Shown here piece after piece: positions 9,050-17,227 of a DNA stretch of 32,000 nucleotides. The stretch covers positions 120,001-152,000 of the forward strand of contig JAFGBS010000034.1 of the NCBI GenBank assembly GCA_016933055.1, in the 5' to 3' direction. A program made the translations under genes and the position numbers. The number at the start of each line of letters is the position of its first letter. Within the stretch, counting starts at the first letter, position 1. Origin of the DNA: Promethearchaeota archaeon (GTDB taxonomy: Archaea > Asgardarchaeota > Lokiarchaeia > Sigyniarchaeales > Promethearchaeaceae). The notes below the pieces were generated by a model. The model had not been told where the DNA came from. It saw nothing but the letters and a program-made list of their open reading frames with translations, and ran no database searches.

Positions 9050-9120
9050 AATCGATGACCCTTTGCAAGGGCGTCCATTCCATCCGCATGCTTTAGGATG
9101 AAATTTCATTCCTATCGATT
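9050..9120 (-). ncRNA. Eukaryote-type SECIS element in the 3' UTR of the hdrA-mvhD selenoprotein operon
   Basis: mRNA sense: AAUCGAU-AGGA-AUGAA-AUUUCAUCC-UAAAGCAUGC-GGAUGGAAU-GGAC-G-CCCUUGCAAAGGG-UC-AUCGAUU. It has a 7-bp helix I, an AUGA/GA non-canonical quartet, a 9-bp helix II and AAA in the apical loop. It starts 10 nt after the mvhD stop. Confidence 0.85.
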
Positions 9121-9130
9121 TGTTTTCAAG

Positions 9131-9604
9131 TTATTTTTTGGGTTTAGTTTCTTTATTCGTATTAGATTGAGGTTTTGGTTTTGGTGCGAGTTCTCTGAGC
9201 GGTGAGGGTCCAAGAGCGTTTATTTTTTCGAACATTGCCACCATCGTTTTTTGGAATTTTTGTCCTTCAGCAGCCGAACAATAGTGCATTTGTAACCGTT
9301 CGGACTCTAATCCCACAGAATCCATTACTTGTTGGAGGTATTTAACATTTCTACCACCATGTTTCGCTCCCGTTAGGTAATTACATTCGTGTTCATAACA
9401 TCCTACGACCGCAACACCATCTGCTCCTTTTCCGAATGCTCTCATGATCATGTCCGAAGACACTCGACCTGCACAGCTGACAAGAACCGGCCTAACAATG
9501 GTTGGATATTGCGCTCGAATAGTTCCCGCCATGTCTCCTGCCCCATAACCTCATTTCCAGCACATAAAAGCTACTATATGTAATTCCTTCTGAATTTGAG
9601 TCAT
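9131..9604 (-). CDS. mvhD: MvhD/VhuD [2Fe-2S] subunit, selenoprotein (Sec at codon 18; 157 aa)
   Basis: From ATG 9604: MTQIQKELHIVAFMCWK-UGA-GYGAGDMAGTIRAQYP..., continuing in frame into the 133-aa track ORF. The UGA at 9553-9551 aligns with the second Cys of FCNWCSFAGAD in the paralogue at 16756..17226. Confidence 0.93.
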
Positions 9605-9612
9605 TTTTGGTT

Positions 9613-9618
9613 ACCTCC
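9613..9618 (-). promoter_or_regulatory. Shine-Dalgarno-like site between hdrA(Sec) and mvhD(Sec)
   Basis: GGAGGT directly after the hdrA TAA and 8 nt before ATG 9604. This supports the upstream start and therefore read-through of the UGA. Confidence 0.7.
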
Positions 9619-11589
9619 TTACTCTGCTACTCGATATAGTAGATTATCGATTACAGCATTGAATTGGGAGCCACGTGAGTTTCGAACGGTGATGGCTTGA
9701 CTGGGACAAGTTTGTGCGCAGATTCCACAACTTCTGCATTTGACTTCGTCTACGACCGCAAACTTCTGTACGGGATCTAGTGCAATTGCGTCATATGGAC
9801 AATTTTCTACACACAAACCGCATTTTGAGCATCGTATTTCGTCTACAACGGCTTTTTCCATACGCATTCGGTATTCTCCCGGTCTCATGATGATATTTGC
9901 AGATGATGCTGCTCCTTTCGCCTGCATAATCGTTTCAGCAATCGATTTCGGACCTTGAGATGCCCCTGCTAAAGATATTCCTACAACATTTGTATCCACT
10001 GGATTAAGTCGAGAATGATATTCTTTGAAGAATCCATCGGGACTACGTTCCAGTTTGAGTTTATCATTGAGGATACCAATCCCTTGGGCTGGTTCCATAG
10101 CGGAGGATAATACAACAAGATCGAATTCGTGTTCTTTCATTTCTGAGCAATCTTGCAGCATATCTTGCATGTAAACCTTGAGATTATGCGTTTCAGCGTC
10201 TTCTTGTATACGTGGGATAGATGCCTTGACGAATTTTACCCCATATTTTCTGGATTCAAGGTAATATTCTTCATAGGCTTTCCCCCCTGCTCGTATATCA
10301 ATGAACGCTACTATGACGTCAATGTTGGGATCATGTTGCTTGATTAGTTTCGTGTTCTTAATGGAGATTAAGCAACACACACCTGAACTGCAATGTCTAT
10401 TTCGTTTGAGATCACGCGAGCCTACACACTGGATGAACAGTATCTTATGAGGGTGTTTCCCATCGGATGGTCGAACGATATTCCCATAAGTTGGTCCATT
10501 TGGAGCGAGAATTCGTTCCAGTTCTAGTTGGGTTATAACATTGGGATATTTACCGTATCCAAGATACCCCTCTTGTCGGAATTCGTCCCAACCTGTGGCA
10601 ACGATTATTGTACCGACTTTCAGTTTCTTAATCTTATCTGTATCATCGAAATTTATGGCATTCAGTTCGCATTCGTCCATACATAATCCACAACGGATGC
10701 ATTTGGTCATATCTATCTGAGCAACCATCGGAACTGCTTGGGCAAATGATACATAGATTGCTTTTCTCGGACCGAGATTCTGGTCAAATTCGGAAGCACT
10801 ATAAGCAGGACAGACTTCTTCACATGCCCTGCATCCATTACAATCGCTATTAGTGTATTTTGCGTGTTGTAACACTTCCACTTCGAAGTTTCCGACGAAA
10901 CCCGAGACACTTTGCACTTCGGTAAGTGTCATGAGGTGAATGTTTTTATTTCGATTCACATCCAGCATCAACGGACCCAAGATTCAAATACTGCAGTCGT
11001 CAGTAGGAAAGGTTCGATCTAACATGGCCATTTTTCCACCTATCGTCGCAGCTTTTTCGACTAGATAAACTTCATATTCCGAAGCTAAGTCTAGTGCTGC
11101 TTGCATTCCTCCAATCCCTCCACCTATTACAAGCGCTTTTTTTTCGACAGGGAACGTTTTTTCAGGAATTGGTTCCAAGAACATTGATCGCGCAACTCCG
11201 GCACGAATGAGTTCTTCGGCTTTGAGTTGGGCTTTATCTTTTTCCTTCATATGAACAAAGGAGACATGCTCTCGGATATTCACGAACTCCAGATACGATG
11301 GATCTAATCCCGAATCTTCCAAAACCGCCCTAAATACAGGTTGATGGGTTTTTGGCGTGCAAGCGGCCACTATGATCCGATTCAGCTTATGTTCCTCAAC
11401 AGCTTCTTTTATTAAATCCGCTCCGGAGGTAGTACATAAACTAATATTATCGGTGGAATGCACCACGTTAGGTAGTTTTCCTGAGTATTCAGCGAGTTTC
11501 TCTGTGTCTAGTGTACCAGCTATGTTAACACCGCACCGGCAAACAAAACACCCAATACGAATCTCTTTTTCAGCGTTTTCTGCTGCCAT
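9619..11589 (-). CDS. hdrA: Heterodisulfide reductase subunit A, selenoprotein (Sec at codon 202; 656 aa)
   Basis: The two track ORFs (10984..11589 and 9619..10980) are in one frame, joined by TGA ATC: FPTDDCSI-U-ILGPLM versus FPTMDCSA-C-ILTPKM in the Cys paralogue. The FAD motif GGGIGG, the QCVGSRD..CSSGVCC motif and four CxxCxxCxxxC motifs are present. Confidence 0.95.
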
Positions 11590-11739
11590 TTGAGTCCGTA
11601 CCAGTTTTTTGTTGTTGGTTGGTTACGTTTACTTCACACATCTGGGCTTAAAATATTTTTCTTCGGTTTTTCTTTAACTTTGGAAGTGAATTTCTATTTT
11701 TCCCGTGGTCTTAAAATCTTGGATATACCATTATCACCT

Positions 11740-12396
11740 ATGATTGATCATGGATTTACCCACAGTAAATTGAATCGATGGTTAGAACAAATTGTAAAAA
11801 AATATGACAGAGGGAGAATCACACCCAACCAACTAACCATATCAGCATTATTTCTTGGTTTGCTGGCATCAGGATTTGTCTATCTTAGCGGAATTTCCCC
11901 CATATCATGGGAAATTATCTATCTCGTGTTAGGGGAGTTTGCATTAGCAACTTCTTTTATCTTAGATGTTTTTGATGGGATATTAGCGCGTAATCGTAAT
12001 CCTACAGTATTTGGAGGGATATTAGATATTTTTTGCGATCGGACTGTTGAGATTTCCATTTTAATAGCTATCGTCTCAACAGCTCCCTCCTATCTCTTGT
12101 GGAGCGGGTTGTTTTCCCTCGCATCCATTGTGCTATGCATAACCATCTTTCTGTTAATGGGCTCAGTACAAACAGAGCGTATACCCGAAGAGAAAAAAGT
12201 GATTTTCTATACTCATGGTATAATGGAGAGGACGGAAACGGGGATTTTCCTGTTAGTTTTAATTGCAGTCCCATTTCCATTATTTCGCATGAGTATATTG
12301 TGGATCTTTTTCGGTTTGGTGCTTCTAACTGCTCTTCAACGTCTATATATTGCCTATAGAGTATTATCGAACTCCATACGTATAAAACATAAATAA
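11740..12396 (+). CDS. CDP-alcohol phosphatidyltransferase family protein
   Basis: Signature DVFDGILAR..GGILDIFCDR, TPNQLT and several TM segments. The start is moved to ATG 11740 because the upstream 50 codons span the divergent promoter. Confidence 0.92.
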   Translation: MIDHGFTHSKLNRWLEQIVKKYDRGRITPNQLTISALFLGLLASGFVYLSGISPISWEIIYLVLGEFALATSFILDVFDGILARNRNPTVFGGILDIFCDRTVEISILIAIVSTAPSYLLWSGLFSLASIVLCITIFLLMGSVQTERIPEEKKVIFYTHGIMERTETGIFLLVLIAVPFPLFRMSILWIFFGLVLLTALQRLYIAYRVLSNSIRIKHK

Positions 12397-12516
12397 TTAG
12401 ATATTTCAGTAACTATTTAACTGCAATATCGGTACATTCAAATATAGAATAAAAACGAGACGTTTTTGTTGCTAATTTAACTAACTGTTATAAATCATAT
12501 CTTCTAGGAAAAAAAA

Positions 12517-13827
12517 ATGGCAGATCTTTCTGGATTAGTATCCGATATTCACAAAAAGACCCCTTCGAAAATCGGAGTAATTTGTGTCAACTGCATACTG
12601 CATCACAGCCCGTTGGAAAATCTTATCCGATTTTTGAAAAAATACAGTATTTATTTACCGGAATCCACACTAAACGTTCGTTCTGAATTGGTATATTATA
12701 TTTATTATCATTTTTTTACAGAATATCAAAATGATCAGATTATTCGGCAAATGTATTCCGATCCCGTAGAGTATATTGGAGATGTGATCGCTAAAGACGA
12801 ACTATTTAAGATTGGTTTACAGAAACACGATTTTATAGCAAAACACGAACTTATTGATGTGTTTGCCGACTACTGTGCGGATATGGGGATCATCACCTTT
12901 GAAATGGATCCGAAGGATGAAATCAATTCCATGATGGATTTATTTTTAACAAAACGTGTACCTTTGTTGAAAACCGAAACGGTATTTGTTCGTACGGGTC
13001 ATGAACTGGAAAATGGTGGTTATTCAGAAGAACTGATCAAAAATATTCAAGAAGCTAGCAAAAAGGCGATTTGGACAGTATTTGTTACAAGTAGTTATGG
13101 TGCCTATGTAGTGGGATTAGATCGGCTTATCAAAGACATGGAGAGGTTAAATATATGGTTGTACGTAGTAGACCCTCTACATAAGAATGTATATGGAATA
13201 ACCAAAGGAAAAAAGAATCAAATCGATGAGAATTTAAAAAATCAATTAGAACAAAGCTTACCATCCCAACCCATTCGTGCTCCCTCACAATTAGGAAAAA
13301 TCAGCAAATATGATTTTAGTGAACGAGATTCCTATAATCCCAACAAATTTACAACTTTTTCCATATTAAAATCCGATATTTATGGGATGTACTATGAAAA
13401 AACAGAACCAAATCACAAATTCCGCGATATCTTTCGTAGTTTGCTAATTATTGATCCCGTATCAGGTCTAAATATTTTTTCCATGAAAAGTCAGACACAA
13501 AAAATTGATGATGTAATCCTTTCTGGATTTCTTTCGGCACTAGATAGTCTTGCTTTAGAAATAGGAACTAAACAAGAGGGAGCTAAAGAAAAAGAAATTA
13601 ACTACCAGGGATTCATTGTGCAAATCATCTCGGGGGATTTGTTGAATATAGCATTATTTTTGACAAAACCAGCGGATCAGATTCTGAAAGAGCGTATGAA
13701 CCGCTTTATCCACCAGTTTGAGTACGTCTATCGAGATAGCATAACAAAATATAAGGAATCGGGTAATGTGGCAGTATTTCCTGAGAGTAGAATTAAAAAA
13801 TTGGCAATGGATATTCTCTCTATTTAG
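12517..13827 (+). CDS. Asgard-type protein with a C-terminal longin/roadblock-like domain
   Basis: The last roughly 130 aa (SLLIIDPVSGLNIF..DDVILSGFLSAL..EINYQGFIVQIISGDLLNIALFL) fit the Asgard longin-like pattern. The middle region resembles a PD-(D/E)xK fold (inference). Confidence 0.65.
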   Translation: MADLSGLVSDIHKKTPSKIGVICVNCILHHSPLENLIRFLKKYSIYLPESTLNVRSELVYYIYYHFFTEYQNDQIIRQMYSDPVEYIGDVIAKDELFKIGLQKHDFIAKHELIDVFADYCADMGIITFEMDPKDEINSMMDLFLTKRVPLLKTETVFVRTGHELENGGYSEELIKNIQEASKKAIWTVFVTSSYGAYVVGLDRLIKDMERLNIWLYVVDPLHKNVYGITKGKKNQIDENLKNQLEQSLPSQPIRAPSQLGKISKYDFSERDSYNPNKFTTFSILKSDIYGMYYEKTEPNHKFRDIFRSLLIIDPVSGLNIFSMKSQTQKIDDVILSGFLSALDSLALEIGTKQEGAKEKEINYQGFIVQIISGDLLNIALFLTKPADQILKERMNRFIHQFEYVYRDSITKYKESGNVAVFPESRIKKLAMDILSI

Positions 13828-14602
13828 AAATACTCTTGTATCTCCCCTTTCGAATCGTAAAATAAAGGAGAAATATGCTAAATAGAAACAATACTGATGT
13901 AATATAAATGTAGTTCCAATAAAATTCTAATTGCATGTTTATGAGTAATAGATTTACTACTCCTAGAAAATAACCAGCATTAATTAAGATAAAATAAACC
14001 ACCTTGCGTTTTTGAGTTCCAGTTTCCGCATCAGGAAAGATGCGGATTATCAATATTAAATCTATGATGAAAAAAACGCTCAAAATTGTGAATAAGTAGA
14101 TAGCAAGCGGAAGATTGATTTTAAAAAAATCATAGCCACTTTCTGGTTCTGGTATAAATTGAAATCCATTGGTGGGAAATAAAAAATAACTTGCAATTAT
14201 TGAACTAAAGACGATGAGAATAAGAAATATGGCTAAAATCGAGAATTTTCTATCTCGATAATATCGTTCTCCAAAATTAATGATGAAGAAAGCCGTACCA
14301 AATAAAATGAAAATGATAACCATTGATGCGGTAATAATGGAAACTAAGAGCATATATATCTCTACCAAAAAGGTACCGGATAATAAATTGCGTGTATCAA
14401 TTACAATAGACAAAATCTTTGTTACAATATTTAGCCCTGAAAAACCCACTACTGTAAAAAAGACTAGTGAAAAATATACATTTGCGAGGGATTGGGAATG
14501 TTTTATAATATTAATACCCAAAAATAATAATATACTTATTTCAATTACAAGAATTCCGATTATTATAATGTCATCACGGTAATTTAGGAATACTTGGTAC
14601 AT
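13820..14602 (-). CDS. Polytopic membrane protein, about 7 TM, function unknown
   Basis: 260 aa with seven hydrophobic segments and a basic C-terminus. It overlaps the convergent gene by 8 nt. Confidence 0.75.
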   Translation of the reverse strand: MYQVFLNYRDDIIIIGILVIEISILLFLGINIIKHSQSLANVYFSLVFFTVVGFSGLNIVTKILSIVIDTRNLLSGTFLVEIYMLLVSIITASMVIIFILFGTAFFIINFGERYYRDRKFSILAIFLILIVFSSIIASYFLFPTNGFQFIPEPESGYDFFKINLPLAIYLFTILSVFFIIDLILIIRIFPDAETGTQKRKVVYFILINAGYFLGVVNLLLINMQLEFYWNYIYITSVLFLFSIFLLYFTIRKGRYKSISK

Positions 14603-14690
14603 ACTTTTACCTTTTAAAATTCTCTGTAGGTGATTAGATGGTATAAGGATCGTATGGTTGAATATTACTTTGTTACTTCATAAATCTTAA

Positions 14691-14861
14691 CTAAAATTTG
14701 TTATCAACATTATGATACTCACCGAGTTCCGTAATCTCAGCGGTACCAACGGGATGTCCACTATGTTCGAGTTCAAATCTTTGCACTCTACGCATACCCT
14801 CAAAGCTCTCATCCTCTATTTTGACAAATTCCTTACACTTATGGCAGACTCTACACATCAT
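14691..14861 (-). CDS. Small Cys/His-rich, probably Zn-binding protein (56 aa, below the ORF-track cutoff)
   Basis: MMCRVCHKCKEFVKIEDESFEGMRRVQRFELEHSGHPVGTAEITELGEYHNVDNKF*. It fills an otherwise empty 365-nt gap, contains CxxC and HxxH, and has an upstream TTTATA at 14923..14918. Confidence 0.7.
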   Translation of the reverse strand: MMCRVCHKCKEFVKIEDESFEGMRRVQRFELEHSGHPVGTAEITELGEYHNVDNKF

Positions 14862-14967
14862 AGTAATCACAAAACTAGATTTTGATTAATTCAGTTGCCT
14901 ATTTTAAAAAAAGACACTATAAATATATGATGATTATTAATAATTAAAAAAATCGATTATGGAACTT

Positions 14968-15771
14968 TTACTTTCTAACAAATAATGAGCCATTTGGTTT
15001 CGGTATAGCATGGTCTCCCGTGTATTCAATGTATTTACCCTTAAAATCACCTGCAGGAGTTACGACCTCTTTTACTTCCCCTTTTTTTATGAAGGAGGGA
15101 AGCATACTTTTGACTTTGCCCATAATTATTATTTGTCCGTGACTCATGTCTGCACCCACTCGACCTTCAACATCCCCATTACAAATTAAGGTTCCACCAT
15201 GATTATGAACTCCAAGGTAATAATCAGCTGAACCACACCACAATATGGGATATTTCTTGTAAGTTTTGGAAGACCGCATCCAAGATCCTGATTCTACACC
15301 GACTTGACCTTGAACCTTTATCATCCCCCCCGTCATACCCACCCAAAATCCACGATATGCGGATGCACAATGATTTCCCGCATTTCCTGAAATCTCAATT
15401 GATCCATTCTCCATCATGGCACCTGCCCATTCTCCTGCGTTTCCTTCTACTTTGATAGAACCTCCTTTCATAAAATTACCTAGATGCATTCCACAGTTTC
15501 CTATAATCGTTAATTTTCCATCCGTCATTTTTTCTCCCAGACGTTGAACTAATGGGCAGTCTCCTTCTATGATAATTTCAGTTTCTTTAGTAATAGGTCC
15601 CGAATCTCCCGTAATGATAAAGAATTCGCTGAGTTTTCTCTCTTGATTTCCATGGTATACCGGTAATAATCCAATATCTCCAATGGATTTTCCTGCAAAC
15701 ACATCGGGTGAAATACAATCTGCTTCTAAATAGAATTCTGGAGGATTTTGAAGAGTAAGCGTAATTGGCAT
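14968..15771 (-). CDS. fwdC: Formylmethanofuran dehydrogenase subunit C
   Basis: LEADCISPD N-terminus and GXGXG beta-helix repeats (HLGNFMKGG, GNAGEWAG, GASMxGG-type). Confidence 0.95.
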   Translation of the reverse strand: MPITLTLQNPPEFYLEADCISPDVFAGKSIGDIGLLPVYHGNQERKLSEFFIITGDSGPITKETEIIIEGDCPLVQRLGEKMTDGKLTIIGNCGMHLGNFMKGGSIKVEGNAGEWAGAMMENGSIEISGNAGNHCASAYRGFWVGMTGGMIKVQGQVGVESGSWMRSSKTYKKYPILWCGSADYYLGVHNHGGTLICNGDVEGRVGADMSHGQIIIMGKVKSMLPSFIKKGEVKEVVTPAGDFKGKYIEYTGDHAIPKPNGSLFVRK

Positions 15772-15788
15772 TTTGAATTTCTCCTTAA

Positions 15789-16496
15789 TTAGTTCATACG
15801 TTCTCCTTCTCGCATACGGGAAGTCTTTAACCGTTCTATGGTTTTATCCCATAAGATGGCCTGATAATCGCCTTTGAAGTTAACTTTGGTAATGTTCAGA
15901 TGAATTGCATCATCGACGGGGCAACTATTTGTGCATACACCGCATAAAATACATTTATCCTCATCAACAAGGATTTTTCTGCCCTTTTCCCATGGTTGAT
16001 TTGATTTTTCAACGGAAAGTGCACCTGTTGGACACACATCAATGCATGTATTGCACCCACCAGGGCAATTCTCTGTCGTGATCTCCAATTTACCTTCTAA
16101 ATAAGATCGAGCTTTCGGAATAGTATCCTTACATTTCTTCAGTTGAATGACTAATTCAGGTACTGCTTTTTTTTTAACTAATTCTAAATTTTCCAGTGCT
16201 ATCTTTTCACCATTTTTCATTAAAGAAATCGCTGTCCACGGGCACATGTAGGAACATAATCCGCAATACGAACAGGTTTCGGGAGACACCACCGTTGATA
16301 CAGACTTATCAAAAGTTTTCTTAAGAGTACCTCCGATAGGTCCTCGCTCCAATGCATTGGTTGGACAGATTTTAACGCAAGTCCCACATCCTTGGCATCT
16401 ACTTTCATCGATCTGAAGTCCAATTGTCTCATTTAGATACTTAACGGTGACTATGGACAAATTTTGATCGCGTGATCGCGTTATTTTGGGAAACAT
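15789..16496 (-). CDS. fwdF: FwdF-like polyferredoxin with four [4Fe-4S] motifs
   Basis: CQGCGTCVKICP, CSYCGLCSYMCP, CPGGCNTCIDVCP, CILCGVCTNSCP, lying next to fwdC. Confidence 0.8.
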   Translation of the reverse strand: MFPKITRSRDQNLSIVTVKYLNETIGLQIDESRCQGCGTCVKICPTNALERGPIGGTLKKTFDKSVSTVVSPETCSYCGLCSYMCPWTAISLMKNGEKIALENLELVKKKAVPELVIQLKKCKDTIPKARSYLEGKLEITTENCPGGCNTCIDVCPTGALSVEKSNQPWEKGRKILVDEDKCILCGVCTNSCPVDDAIHLNITKVNFKGDYQAILWDKTIERLKTSRMREGERMN

Positions 16497-16501
16497 TTTA
16501 T

Positions 16502-16750
16502 TTACTCTACCATTTGAATCGTAATTGCCTTTTTATGGCATGTATTAACGCAAACTCCACACCCATCGCAGACTTCGGCACCCTCATGGGCCTTGCCGTC
16601 CTGCACATAAATAGCAGCCGTGTTCTCACTTAGTAGGTTCTTCTTTAATAATAAAGCATTAATTGGACAACTTTTCTGGCAATTTCCGCAGCCATCACAT
16701 AATACTTGGTTAATTAGGAGTCTGTAAGTCTTCATTTCCTTGTATACCAC
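16502..16750 (-). CDS. fwdG: FwdG-like 2[4Fe-4S] ferredoxin
   Basis: 82 aa with CDGCGNCQKSCP and CDGCGVCVNTC, in operon context. Confidence 0.75.
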   Translation of the reverse strand: MVYKEMKTYRLLINQVLCDGCGNCQKSCPINALLLKKNLLSENTAAIYVQDGKAHEGAEVCDGCGVCVNTCHKKAITIQMVE

Positions 16751-16755
16751 TTAAA

Positions 16756-17226
16756 TTATTTCTTGAAATATTTATTGAAAGGACCAGGTCCAATTTTCTT
16801 GATCTCTTCAGAATATTCTTTAATCAATTCCGTTAGTTCTGCACCTTCACTTGCTGAGATGAACTCAAATCGGACACGCTTGGGGTTAATTCCGAATTGT
16901 TCAATCATCCTAAAGAGAAGAGGCATCCTACGGGCGGTTTTATAATTACCCTCAACATAGTGGCAATCTCCGAGATGACACCCACATATCAGCACGGCGT
17001 CTGCCCCTTCTTTAAGTGCTTCTAATATCCAATGGGCTTCGACTCTCCCACTGCACATCACGCGCATTATGCGGAGATCAGCAGGGCGTTGCATTCGGCT
17101 TGTTCCCGCTTGGTCAGCACCGGCGAAACTACACCAATTGCAGAATATTCCGAAAATAAATGGTTTCCATTCCTTTGGTGGTTCAAGTTCATGTTTGGTT
17201 TCTGTTTTCTTTTCAGCTTTAGCCAT
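16756..17226 (-). CDS. mvhD: MvhD [2Fe-2S] subunit, cysteine form
   Basis: FCNWCSFAGADQAG, MCSGRV, GCHLGDCHY, ISASEG. Confidence 0.96.
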   Translation of the reverse strand: MAKAEKKTETKHELEPPKEWKPFIFGIFCNWCSFAGADQAGTSRMQRPADLRIMRVMCSGRVEAHWILEALKEGADAVLICGCHLGDCHYVEGNYKTARRMPLLFRMIEQFGINPKRVRFEFISASEGAELTELIKEYSEEIKKIGPGPFNKYFKK

Positions 17227-17227
17227 T

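Noticed and set aside
8892-9089. 65-aa minus-strand ORF downstream of mvhD
   Set aside because: It starts inside the SECIS stem and runs antisense to the ATP-grasp gene, with no recognisable motif.
9619-11589. hdrA as a split gene or pseudogene
   Set aside because: The break is a single in-frame TGA at a conserved Cys column, a second such TGA occurs in the next gene, and a SECIS follows. Sec recoding explains all three.
11590-11739. 50-codon N-terminal extension of the CDP-alcohol transferase (and the 19-codon extension at 27038)
   Set aside because: The first covers the divergent promoter region with Phe-rich, non-coding-like composition. The second overlaps the upstream gene and precedes a clear SD.
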